This document shows positions 42,021-53,300 of a DNA stretch of 64,000 bases, piece after piece. Positions within the stretch are counted from its first letter, which is position 1. Every line of letters starts with the position of its first letter. Position numbers and translations under genes: made by a program. The DNA comes from the human T2T-CHM13v2.0 reference genome, Homo sapiens, in the NCBI RefSeq assembly GCF_009914755.1, contig NC_060927.1; one strand, given 5' to 3'. The notes beneath the pieces are model-generated. The model did no database searches. It saw only the letters and a list, made by a program, of their open reading frames with translations, and was not told where the DNA came from.

Positions 42021-43049
42021 GGAATGGAATAGAGTGGAGTGGAGTGGAGTGAAATGGAGTTGAATGGAATGGAATGGAATGAAATGGATACTTAGACTGT
42101 GCCACTGTGCTACAGCCTATGTGACAGTAGGGGAACCTGTCAAAAGAAAGGAGTGGAATGGGAAGGAGTGTAGTGGAGTGTTGTGGAGTGGAGTGGAGTG
42201 GAATTGGAGATTAATGTAACGGAGTGGAGTGGAATGGAATGGAATGGAGTGGAGTGGAATGGATTGGAGTGGAGTGGGGTGGAGAGCAGTGCAATGGAGT
42301 GGAGTGGAATGGAATGGAATGGAATGTAGTGGACTGGAATGGAATGGAGTTGCGTGGAGTGGAGTTCAGTGGAATTGAATGGAATGGAATGGAACTGAGT
42401 GGAATGGAATGGAATGGAATTGGTGCTGAGATTGTGCCACTGCTCTACAGCCTGTGTGATAGAGGGAGATCCTGTCGAAAGAAATAATTCTAATGGGAAG
42501 AAGTGGAGTGGATTGGAGTTGAGTGGAATGGAATGGAATTGACTGAAGTGAAATGGAATGGAATGAATGGTAAAGGAATAGAATGGAGTGGAGTGTGGTG
42601 GAATGGAATGGAGTGTAGTGAAGTGCAGTGCAGTTGAGTGGAATGGAATGGAGTGGAGTGAAATGGAGTGGAAAGGAGTTGAGTGCAATTTACTTGAAAG
42701 GAGTGGAATGGAATGGAGTGGAATGGAAACACAAGGAGTTGAATGGAGTGTAGTGTAGTGTAGTGGAGTGGAGTGGAATGGAATAGAGTGGAGTGGAGTG
42801 GAGTGAAATGGAGTGGAATGGAATGGAATGGAATGAAATGGATACTTAGATTGTGCCACTGCACTACAGCCTGTGTGACAGAGGGAGATCCTGTCAAAAG
42901 AAAGAATTGTAATAGGAAGGAGTGGAGTGGATTGGAGTTGAGTGAAATGGAGTGGAATGGAACGGAGTGGAGTGGAGTGGAGTTGAATGGAATGGGGTGG
43001 AGTGGAATGGAGTTGAGTGGAATGGAGTGGAATGGAATCTGATGGAATG

Positions 43050-45790
43050 GAATGGAATAGAATGGAATGGATTATGGTGGAGTGGAGTGGATTGGAGTGG
43101 ACTAGAATGGATTGGAGTGCAATGAAATGGGATGGAATGGAATGCCATCGAGTGCAGTGGAGTGGAGTGGACTGGAGTGGCGGAGAGTGGAACGGAGACG
43201 AGTGGAATAGAATGGAGTGGAATAGAATGGAATGGAATGCAATGGAATGGAATGCAAAGGAATGGAATGCAATGGAATAGAATGGAATGGAATGGTGAAA
43301 TGAAATGTGAGCCGAATTTGTGCCACAGCACGCCAGCCTGGGTGACAGAGTGAGATGCTGTCAAAAGAAAGAAATGGAATGGAATGGAGTAGAGTGGAGT
43401 GGTGTGGAGTGGAGTGGTGTGGAGTGGAATGGAATGGGATGGACTGTAATGGAATGGAGTGCAGTGGAGTGGAGTGGCAGAGAGTGGAATGGAGTCACGT
43501 GGAACGGAATGGAGTGGAATGGAGTGGAATAGAATGGAAAGGAGTGGAGTGGAGTGCAGTGGAGTGGAGTGGAGTAAAGTGCAGTGGAGTGGAGTAGAGT
43601 GGAATGGAATGGAATGGATTAGTGAAATGAAATGTAAGCTGAGATTCTGCCACAGTACTCCAGAAAGGGCGACAGAGTGACATCCTGTCGAATGTAAGGA
43701 AAGTAATTGAGTGGATTGGAATGGAATGGAATGGAGTGTAGTGGAGTGGATAGGAGTGTAGTGGAGTGGAATGGAGTGGAGAGGAATGGAATGGAAGGGA
43801 GTGGAGAGGAGTGAACGGGAGTGTAGAGGAATGTAATGGGATGGAATCCAATGGAATGAAATGGAGGGGAGTGGAGTGGAGTGTTGGGGAGAGGAATGGA
43901 GTGGTATGGAATTGGATGGAATTGAATGTAGTGGAGTGGAGTGGCATGGAGAGGAGTGGAGTAGAGTGGAGTGGAATGGCACGAAATTGAATGGAGTGGA
44001 GCCGAGTGGAGTGGAGTGGAGTGCAGTGGAGTGGAATGGAATATAGTGGAATGGAAATGAATGGAATGGAAAGGAATGTAATGGAATAGAGATGAATGAT
44101 GAAATGAAATATGAGCTGAGATTGTAACACTGCACTCCAGCCAGTGTGACAGAGTGAAATACTGTCGAAAGAAAGGAATGGAATGGACAGGTGAAGAATG
44201 GAATGGAATGGAATGGAGTGGAGTGGAGTGCATTATATTGGATTGGAGTGGAATGGAAAGGGATGGAATGGGATGGAGTGGAGTGGAGTGGAGTGGAGTT
44301 GAATGGAACGGTGTTGTATGGAATGGAATGGAATGGAATGGAATGGAATGGAATGCAGTGGAGTAGAGTGGAGTGGAATTCGCAGGAGTGGAATGGAAAG
44401 GCATGGAATGGAATTGAATGCGTTGCAATGGAATGGAATGCAATGGAATGCAATGGAATGGAATGGAATGCAATGGAATGGAATGGAATGGAATGGAATG
44501 CAATGGAATGGAATGGTGAAATGAAATGTGAGCTGAGATACTACCACTGCACTCCAGCCTGGGTGACACAGTGAGATCCTCTCAAAAGAGAGGAGAGGAA
44601 TGGAATGGAATGGAGTGAAATGTAATGGAATGGAATGGAATGAAATGGAATGGAATGGCATGGAATGGAATGGAGTGGAGTGGAGTGGAATGAAATAGAA
44701 TGGAGTGGAATGGAATGGGATGGAGTGGAAAGAATGGAGTGGAGGTGAGTGGAGTGGACGGGAGTGGAGTGGAGAGAAATGGAGTGAAATGGAATGGGAT
44801 GGAATGGAATGGAGTGGAGTGGATTGGAGTGAAGTGGAGTGGAGTGGAGCGGAGTTGATTGGAGTGGAGTGGAATGGAGTGGAATGCAATGGAATGGAAT
44901 GGTATGGAATGGAACGGGGGAGGGGAGTGGAGTGGAGTGGAATTGAGTGTAGTGGCACGGAATGGAATGGAAAGGAAAGGAATACAATGGAATGGTGAAA
45001 TGAAATGTGAGCTGAGATTGTGCCCCTGTATTCCAGCCTTTTTTGACACAGTGATATCCCGTCGAAAGGAGGGAATGGAATGGAATGCGGTGGAATGGAA
45101 TGTGATGGAATTGAATGAAATGGAATGGAATGGGGTTTAACGGAATGGAATGGAATGGAATGGAATGGAATGGAATGGAATGGAGAAATTAAATGTGAGC
45201 TAAGATTGTGCCACTGCACTCCAGTCTGGGTGACAGAGTGAGATCCATTTCGAAATAATGGAATGGAATGGAATGGAGTAGAGTGGAATGACTGCAGTGG
45301 CGTGGAATGGAGTGGAGTGGCGTGGAGTGAAGTTGAGTGGAGTGGAGTGGAATGGAATTTAGGGGAATGGAATGGAATGGAATGGTGAAATGAAATGTGA
45401 GCTGGGATTTTGTAATTGCACTCCATTTTGGGTGACAGAGTGAGATCCTGTCGAAAGAAAATAATGGAATGAAATGGAGTGGAAAAGAATGGAATAGAAT
45501 GGAGTGGAGTGGAGTGGAGTGGAGTGGAGTGGAGTGGAATGGAATTTAGGGGAATGGAATGGAATGGAAGGGTAGGGAAGGGAATGGAATGGAAGGGAAG
45601 GGAATGGGGAAATGAAATGTGAGCTGACATTGTGGCACTGCACTCCAGCCTGGGTGACAGAGTGAGATCCTGTCGAAAGAAAATATTGGAACGGAATGGA
45701 GTGCAATGTAATGGAATAGAGTAAAGTGGAGTGGAAAGGAGTGGGATGGAATGTGATGGAATGAAATGGAGTGGAGTGGAGTAGAGTGAA
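43050..45790 (+). repeat. Higher-order block copy 1 (8 cassettes), duplicated at ~47550-50380
   Basis: Same ordered private variants in both copies, e.g. ATTGTAACAC, GCCCCTGTATTCCAGCCTTTTTTGA, GATCCATTTCGAAATAA, GCTGGGATTTTGTAATTGCACTCCATTTTGGG, GACATTGTGGCAC. Confidence 0.88.
43294..43370 (+). mobile_element. First type-B Alu-derived cassette (variant a)
   Basis: GGTGAAATGAAATGTGAGCCGAATTTGTGCCACAGCACGCCAGCCTGGGTGACAGAGTGAGATGCTGTCAAAAGAAA. Confidence 0.88.
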
Positions 45791-45868
45791 ACGGAATGGA
45801 GTGGAGTGCAGTGGAGTGGAGTGGAATTCATTGGAACGGAATGGAATGGAATGGAAAGGAATGTAACA

Positions 45869-46569
45869 GGTGCTGAGATTGTACTACTGCGCTACAGCCT
45901 GTGTGACAGAGGCAGATCCTGTCGAAAGATAGGCGTGGAATGGGTTGGAGCAGAGTGGAGTGGAGTGGAAGGGAGTGGAGTGGAGTGGACTGGAGTGGAA
46001 TGGAGTGGAGTGGAGTATAGTGGAGTGGAATGGAGTGGAGAGGAGTGCAGTGGAGTGGAATGGAATGGAATGGACTGGAGTGGAGTGGAATGGAGTGGAG
46101 TGGAGTCGAATGGAATGGAGTGGAATGGAGTGGCGTGGAATGTAATGGAGTGGAGTGGAATGGAATGGACTGGAGTGGAGTGGAATGGAATGGAATGGAG
46201 TCGAATGGAATGGAGTGGAGTGGAATGGACTGGAGTGGAATGGAATGGAATGGAGTGAACGGAATGGAGTGGAGTGAAGTGGAGTGGAATGGATTGGAAT
46301 GGAATGGAATGGAATGGAATTAAGTGGAGTGGAGCAGAGTGGAGTGGAAAGGAATGGAATGGAGTGGAATGGAGTACAGTGAAGTGGAGAGAAGTGCAAT
46401 GTAGTGAAATGGAATCGGATGTAATGGAATGTAGTACTGTGGAATGGAGTGAAGTGGAGCGAAATGGAATGGAACGGGACAGAATGGAATAGAACGGAAC
46501 GGAATGGGTGCTGAGATTGTGCCACTGCACTACAGCCTGTGTGAAAGAGAGAGATACTTTAGAAAGAAA
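45869..46569 (+). repeat. Island of two type-A cassettes inside the type-B domain
   Basis: 45869-45931 and 46506-46569 have the GGTGCTGAG...CTACAGCCTGTGTGA signature and lack the GTGAAATGAAATGT leader. The spacer is GGAGT-rich. Confidence 0.85.
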
Positions 46570-47549
46570 GGAGTGGAATGGGATAGAGGGGAGTGGAGTT
46601 TAGTGGAGGGGAATGGAGTGGAGTGGAATGGAGTGGAATGGAGTGGAGTGGAGTGAAATGGAGTGGAGTGGAGTGAAATGGAGTGAAGTGGAGTGGAATG
46701 GAGTGGAGTGGAATGGAGTGGAGTGGAGTGGAATTCAGTGGAGTGGAGTGGAGTAGAATGGAATGCAATGGGATGTAATGGAATGGAATGGAGTCGTCTG
46801 GATTGGTGTGGAGTGGAGTGAAGTGGATTGAAGTGGAATGGAGCGGAATGGAATGGGATGGAATGGAATGGAATGAAGTGGAGTGGAGTGGGGCGGAGTG
46901 GAGTGCAGTGGAATGGAGCGGAATGGAATGGGATGGAGTGGATGGAGTGGAGAGGAGTGGAGCGCAGTAGAGTGAATAGGAGTGGAATGGAGTGGAATGG
47001 AAACGAATGTAATGGAATGTAGTGGAGTGGAGTGGAACGGAGTGGGATGGAATTGAATTGAATTGAATGGAATGGAATAGAATGGAATGCACTGGGATGC
47101 AATGGAATAGAATGCAATGAAATGGAAAGTTGACATGCAATGTGAGCTGAGATTGTGCCACTGTACTCCAGCCTCAGTGACACAATGATACCCTGTCAAA
47201 AGAAAGGAATGGAATGCAATGGAGTGAAATGGAATGGAATGGAGTGGAGTGGAGTGGAGTGGATTCGAGTGGAATGGAGTCGAATGGAATGGGATGGAGT
47301 GGAATGGAGTGGAGTGGAGTGGAGTGAAATAGAGTGGAATGGAGTGGGATAGAATGGAATACAGTGGAATGGTGAAAAGAAATGTGAGCTGAGATTGTGC
47401 CACTGCACTCCAGTCTTTGTGACAGAGTGAGATCTTGTGGAAAAAAAGGAATAGAATGGAATAAAGAGGAATGGAATGGAAGGGAATGGAATGGAATGGA
47501 AGGGAGTGGATTGGAGTCGAGTGGAATGGAGTGGAATGGAATGTGATGG

Positions 47550-50380
47550 AATGGAATGGCAAGGATTATGGTGGAGTGGAGTGGATTGGAGTGGAGTAGA
47601 GTGGAATGGAGTGGAATGAAATGGGATGGAATGGAATGCCATCGAGTGCAGTGGAGTGGAGAGGACTGGAGTGGCGGAGAGTGGAATGGAGTCGAGTGGA
47701 ATAGAATGGAGTGGAATAGAATGGAATGGAATGCAATGGAATGGAATGCAAAGGAATGGAATGCAATGGAATAGAATGGAATAGAATGGAATAGAATGGT
47801 GAAATGAAATGTGAGCTGAATTTGTGCCACTGCACGCCAGCCTGGGTGACAGAGTGAGATGCTGTCGATAAAAGAAATGGAATGGAATGGAGTGGAGTGG
47901 AGCGGTGTGGAGTGGAGTGGTGTGGAGTGGAATGGAATGGGATGGACTGTAATGGAATGGAATGCAGTGGAGTGGAGTGGCAGAGAGTGGAATGGAGTCG
48001 AGTGGAATGGAATGGAATGGAATGGAATGGAATGGAGTGGAATGGAGTGGAATGGAATGGAAATGAGTGGAGTAGAGTGGATTGCAGTGGAGTGGAGTGG
48101 AGTGTAATGGAATGGAATGGAATGGATTAGCGAAATGAAATGTAAGCTGAGATTCTGCCACTGTACTCCAGAATGAGTGACAGAGTGACACCCTGTCGAA
48201 TTTAAAGAATGGAATGGAGTGGAGTGGAATGGAATGGAATGTAGTGGAGTGGATAGGAGTGGAATGGAGTGGAATGGAGTGGAGAGGAATGGAATGGAAG
48301 GGAGTGGAGAGGAGTGGATGGGAGTGGAGTGGAATGGAATGGAATGGGATGAAATCCAATGGAAAGAAATGGAGGGGAGTGGAGTGTTGGGGTGGAGTGG
48401 AATGGTATGGAATTGGATGGAATAGAATATAGTGGAGTGGAGTGGGATGGGGAGGAGTGGAGTAGAGTGGAGTGGAATGGAACGAAATTGAATGGAGTGG
48501 AGATGAGTGGAGTGGAGTGGAGTGGAGTGCAGTGGAGTGGAATGGAATATAGTGGAATGGAAATGAATGGAATGGAAAGGAATGTAACGGAATAGAATAG
48601 AATGATGAAATGAAATATGAGCTGAGATTGTAACACTGCACTCCAGCTAGTGTGACAGAGTGAAATATTGTCGAAAGAAAGGAATGGAATGGACAGGTGT
48701 AGAATGGAATGGAATGGAGTGGAGTGGAGTGGATTATAGTGGAATGGAGTGGAATGGAATGGGATGGAATGTGATGGAATGGGATGGATTGGAGTGGAGT
48801 GGAGTGGAATGGAACGGTATGGTATGGTATGGAATGGAATGGAATGGAATGGAATGGAATGCAGTGGGGTGGAGTGGAGTGGAGTTCGCAGGAGTTGAAT
48901 GGAATGGGACAGAATGGAATTGAATGCATTGCAATGGAATGGAATGGAATGGAATGCAATGGAATGGAATGGAATGCAATGGAATGGAATGGAATGGAAT
49001 GCAATGGAATGGAATGGAATGGAATGCAATGGAATGGAATGGAATGGAATGCAATGGAATGGAATGGAATGCAATGGAATGGAATGGAATGAAATGGAAT
49101 GGAATGGTGAAATGAAATGTGATCTGAGATACTGCCACTGCACTCCAGCCTGGGTGACAGAGTGAGATCCTCTCGAAAGAGAGGAATGGAATGGAATGGA
49201 GTGAAATGGAATGGAATGGAATGAAATGGAATGGAGTGGAGTGCAGTGGAGTGGAATGGAATAGAAAGGAGTGGAATGGAATGGGATGGAGTGGAAGTAA
49301 TGGAGTGGAGGTGAGTAGAGTGGAGTGGATGGGAGTGGAGTGGAGAGAAATGGAGTGAAATGGAATGGGATGGAATGGAATGGAGTGGAGTGGATTGGAG
49401 TGAAGTGGAGTGGAGTGGAGTTGATTGGAGTGGAGTGGAATGGAGTGGAATGCAATGGAATGGAATGGTATGGAATGGAATGGGGGAGGGGAAGGGAGTG
49501 GATTGGAGTGGAATTGAGTGTAGTCTGATGGAATGGAAGGGAAAGGAAAGGAATACAATGGAATGGTGAAATGAAATGTGAGCTGAGATTGTGCCCCTGT
49601 ATTCCAGCCTTTTTTGAAACAGTGATATCCCGTCGAAAGGAGGGATTGGAATGGAATGGGGTGGAATGGAATGGAATGCAATGGAATGGGGTTTCATGAA
49701 TGGAATGGAATGGAATGAAATGAATGGAATGGAATGGAATGGAATGGAATGGAATGGAATGGAATGGAATGGAATGGAATGGAGACATTAAATGTGATCA
49801 AAGTTTGTGCCACTGCACTCCAGTCTGGGTTACAGAGTGAGATCCATTTCGAAATAAAGGAATGGAATGGAATGGAGTAGAATGGAATGGCTGGAGTGGC
49901 ATGGAGTGGAGTGGAGTGGCGTGGAGTGAAGTTGAGTGGAGTGGAGTGGAATGGAATTTAGGGGAATGGAATGGAATGGAATGGTGAAATGAAATGTGAG
50001 CTGGGATTTTGTAATTGCACTCCATTTTGGGTGACAGAGTGAGATCCTGTAGAAAGAAAATATTGGAATGGAATGGAGTGGAAAAGAATGGAATAGAATG
50101 GAGTGAAGTGGAGTGGAGTGGAATGGAATGGAACGGAATGGAATGGAATGGAACGGATTGGAATGGAATGGAAGGGAAGGGTAGGGAATGGAAGGGAAGG
50201 GAATGGGGAAATGAAATGTGACCTGACATTGTGGCACTGCACTCCAGCCTTGGTGACAGAGTGAGATCCTGTCGAAAGAAAATATTGGAATGGAGTGCAA
50301 TGTAATGGAATAGAGTAAAGTGGAGTGGAAAGGAGTGGGATGGAATGTGATGGAATGAAATGGAGTGGAGTGGAGTATAG
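47550..50380 (+). repeat. Higher-order block copy 2 (offset ~4.5-4.6 kb from copy 1)
   Basis: Cassette pairs 43294/47798, 43621/48129, 44098/48604, 44515/49106, 44994/49565, 45182/49781, 45384/49983, 45606/50205. Confidence 0.88.
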
Positions 50381-53300
50381 TGCAAAGGAATGGAGTGGAG
50401 TGGAGTGGAAAGGAATGGAGAGGAGTGGATTGGAATGGAATGGAATGGAATCGAATCGAATGGAATGCTGAAAAGAAATATGTGTTGAGATTGTGCCACT
50501 GTGCTACAGGCTGTGTGACAGAGGGAGATCCTGTCGAAAGAAAGGAGTGGAATGGAAGGGATTGGAATGGAATGGAAACGAATGGAATGTAATGGAATGG
50601 AAGGGAATGGAATGGAAGGGAAGGGAATGGGGAAATGAAATGTGAGCTGACAGTGTGGCACTGCACTCCAGCCTGGGTGACAGAGTGAGATCCTGTTGAA
50701 AGAATATATTGGAATGGAATGGAGTGCAATGGAATGGAATAGAGTGGAGTGGTTTGGAAAGGAGGGGAATGGAATGGGATGGAATGAAATGGAGAGAAGT
50801 AGAGTGGAACGGAATGGAGTGGAGTGGAGTGGAAAGGAATGGAGAGGAGTGGAGTGGAATGGAATGGAATGGAATGGAATGGAATGGAATGGAATGGAAT
50901 GGAGTGGAATGGATTGGAATGGAATGGAATGGTGAAAAGAAATATGTGTTGAGATTGTGCCACAGCGCTACAGGCTGTGTGAGAGAGGGAGATCCTGTCG
51001 AAAGAAAGGAGTGGAATGGAAGGGATTGGAATGGAATGGAATAGAATGGATAGGAGCAGAGTGGATTGGAATGGAGTGGAGTGGAGTGCAGTGGAATGGA
51101 ATGGCATGGAATGGAATGGAATGGTGAAATGAAATGTGAGCTGAGATTGTTCACTGCACTCCAGCATGGGTGACAGAGTAAGATCCTGTCAAAAGAAAGG
51201 AATGGAAAGGAATGGATTTAGAATGGAATGGAATGGAATGGAAAGGAAAGGAATGGAATGGAGTTGAATGGAGTGGAGTGGAATGGAGTGGAGTGGAGTG
51301 GAAATGATTGAAATGGAATTGGATGGCATGGAAAGGAGTGGAGTGGACTGGCATGGAGTGGAGTAGAGTGGAGTGGACCGGATTGGAGTGGAGTGGAGTG
51401 GAATGGATTGGAGTGGAGTAGAGTGGAGTGGAGTGGAGTGGAATGGAATGGAATGGAATGGAATGGAATAGAAAAGAATCAATGGAATAGTGAAATGAAA
51501 TGTGAGCTGAGATTGTGCCACTGCACTCCAGGCTGGGTGACAGAGTGAGATACTCTCAAAATAAAATAATGGAATGGAAGGCAGTGGAATGGAATGGAAT
51601 GGAATGGAATGGAATGGAATGGAATGGAAAGCAATGGATTGGAATGGAATGGAGTGGACTGGAGTGCAGTGGAGTGAAGAGGAGTGGAGAGGGGTGGAGT
51701 GGAATGCAGTGGAATGGAGCAGAAAGAAATGGGATGTAGTGGAATGGAGTGGAGTGGAGTGGAATGGAATACAATGGACTGCAATGGAATAGATTGCAAT
51801 GCAAAGGAAAGTTGACATGTAATGTTAGCTGAGATTGTGCCACTGCACTCCAGCCTGTGTGACAGAGTGATATCCTGTGAAAGAAAGGAATGCAATGCAA
51901 TGGAGTGAAAAGTAATGTAATGGGATGGAATGGAGTGGAGGAGAGTGGAGTGGAGCGGAGTGAAATGGAGTCGAATGGAATGGGAAGCAGTGGAATGGAA
52001 TGGAGTGGAGTTAAGTGGAGTGAAATAGGGTGGAATGGAATGGAATGGAAAGGAATGCAATGGAACGGTGAAATGAAAAGTGAGCTGAGATTGTGCCACT
52101 GCACTCCATCTTTTGTGACAGAGTGAGATCCTGTGGAAAGAAAATAATGGAAAGGAATAGAGTATAATAGAATGGAGTGAAGTGGAGTGGAGTGGTGTGG
52201 AGTGCAGTGGAGTCAACTGGAATGGAGTGGAATGGAATGGGATGGAATGGAATGTCATGGAGTGCAGTGGAGTGGATTGAAGTGGAGTAGAGTGGAATGG
52301 AGTGGAAAGAAATGGGATGGAATGGAATATCATGGAGTGGAGTGGAGTAGACTGGATTGGAGTGGAGTAGAGTGGAAAGCAGTTGAGTGGAATGGAATGG
52401 AATGGAATGGAATACAGTGGAATGCAATGGAATGGAATGCAATGGAATAAAATGAAATGGAATGGTGAAATGAAATGTGAGCCTAGTTAGTGCCACTGCA
52501 TGCCAGCCTGGGTAACAGAGTGAGATGCTGTCAAAAGAAAGGAATGGAATGGAATTCACTGGAGTGGAGCAGAGTGGAGTGGAGTGGTGTGTAGTGGAAT
52601 GGAGTGGATTGGAATGCCATGCAGTGGATTGCAATGGAGTGCAGTGGAGTCAAGTGGACTGGAGTGGAATTGAGTGGAATGGAATGGGAAGGAATGGAAT
52701 GGAGTGGAGTGGAGGGAATGGAGTTCACTGGAATGGAATGGAGTGGAATGGAATGGAATGCAATGGAGTGGATTGGATTTCAGTGGAGTGGAGTGGAGTG
52801 GACTGGAATGGAATGGAATGGAATGGAATGGAATAGTGAAATGAAATGTAAGCTGAGATTCTACCACTGCACTCCAGACTGGGTGACAGAGTGACATCCT
52901 GTCGAATGTAAGGAATGGAAGGGAAAGAAGTGGAATGGAATGGAATGGAATGTAGTGGAGTGGAGTGGAGTGGAATGAAATGGACTGGAAAGAAATTGAA
53001 TGGAATGGAGTGTAGGGGAGTTGAAAGGAGCAGAGTGGAATGGAATGGAAGGGGATGGAAAAGAATGGAATGAAATTGATGGGAGTAGAGTGGAATGGTG
53101 GGGAGAGGAGTGGAGTGGTATGGAATTGAATGGAGTGGAGTGGAGAGGAGTGGAGTAGAGTGGACTGGAATGGAAAGGAATGGGGTCGAGTGGAGTGGAG
53201 TGGAGTGCAGTAGAGTGGAATGGAAGGTAGTGGAATGGAATTGAATGGAATGGAAAGGAATGGAATGGAATAGAATGGAATGATGAAATGGAATATGAGT

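Larger units (their letters stand above)
27297..42903 (+). repeat. Composite satellite, subfamily A: GGAGT/GGAAT spacers plus Alu-3'-end cassette GGGTGCTGAGATTGTGCCACTG(TG/CA/CG)CTACAGCCTGTGTGACAGAGGGAGATCCTGTCGAAAGAAA
   Basis: About 24 cassettes starting near 27297, 28610, 28886, 29402, 29935 (5'-truncated), 31108, 31782, 32506, 33143, 33749 (5'-truncated), 35155, 36161, 36890, 37034, 37453, 38061, 38871, 39751, 40344, 40599, 41322, 42086, 42422, 42840. Mean spacing about 0.68 kb, irregular. Confidence 0.9.

Noticed and set aside
44541-44590. Cys/His-containing peptides such as CELRLCHCTPAWVTE resembling a zinc-binding motif
   Set aside because: These are the standard translation frames of Alu sequence, not a protein domain.
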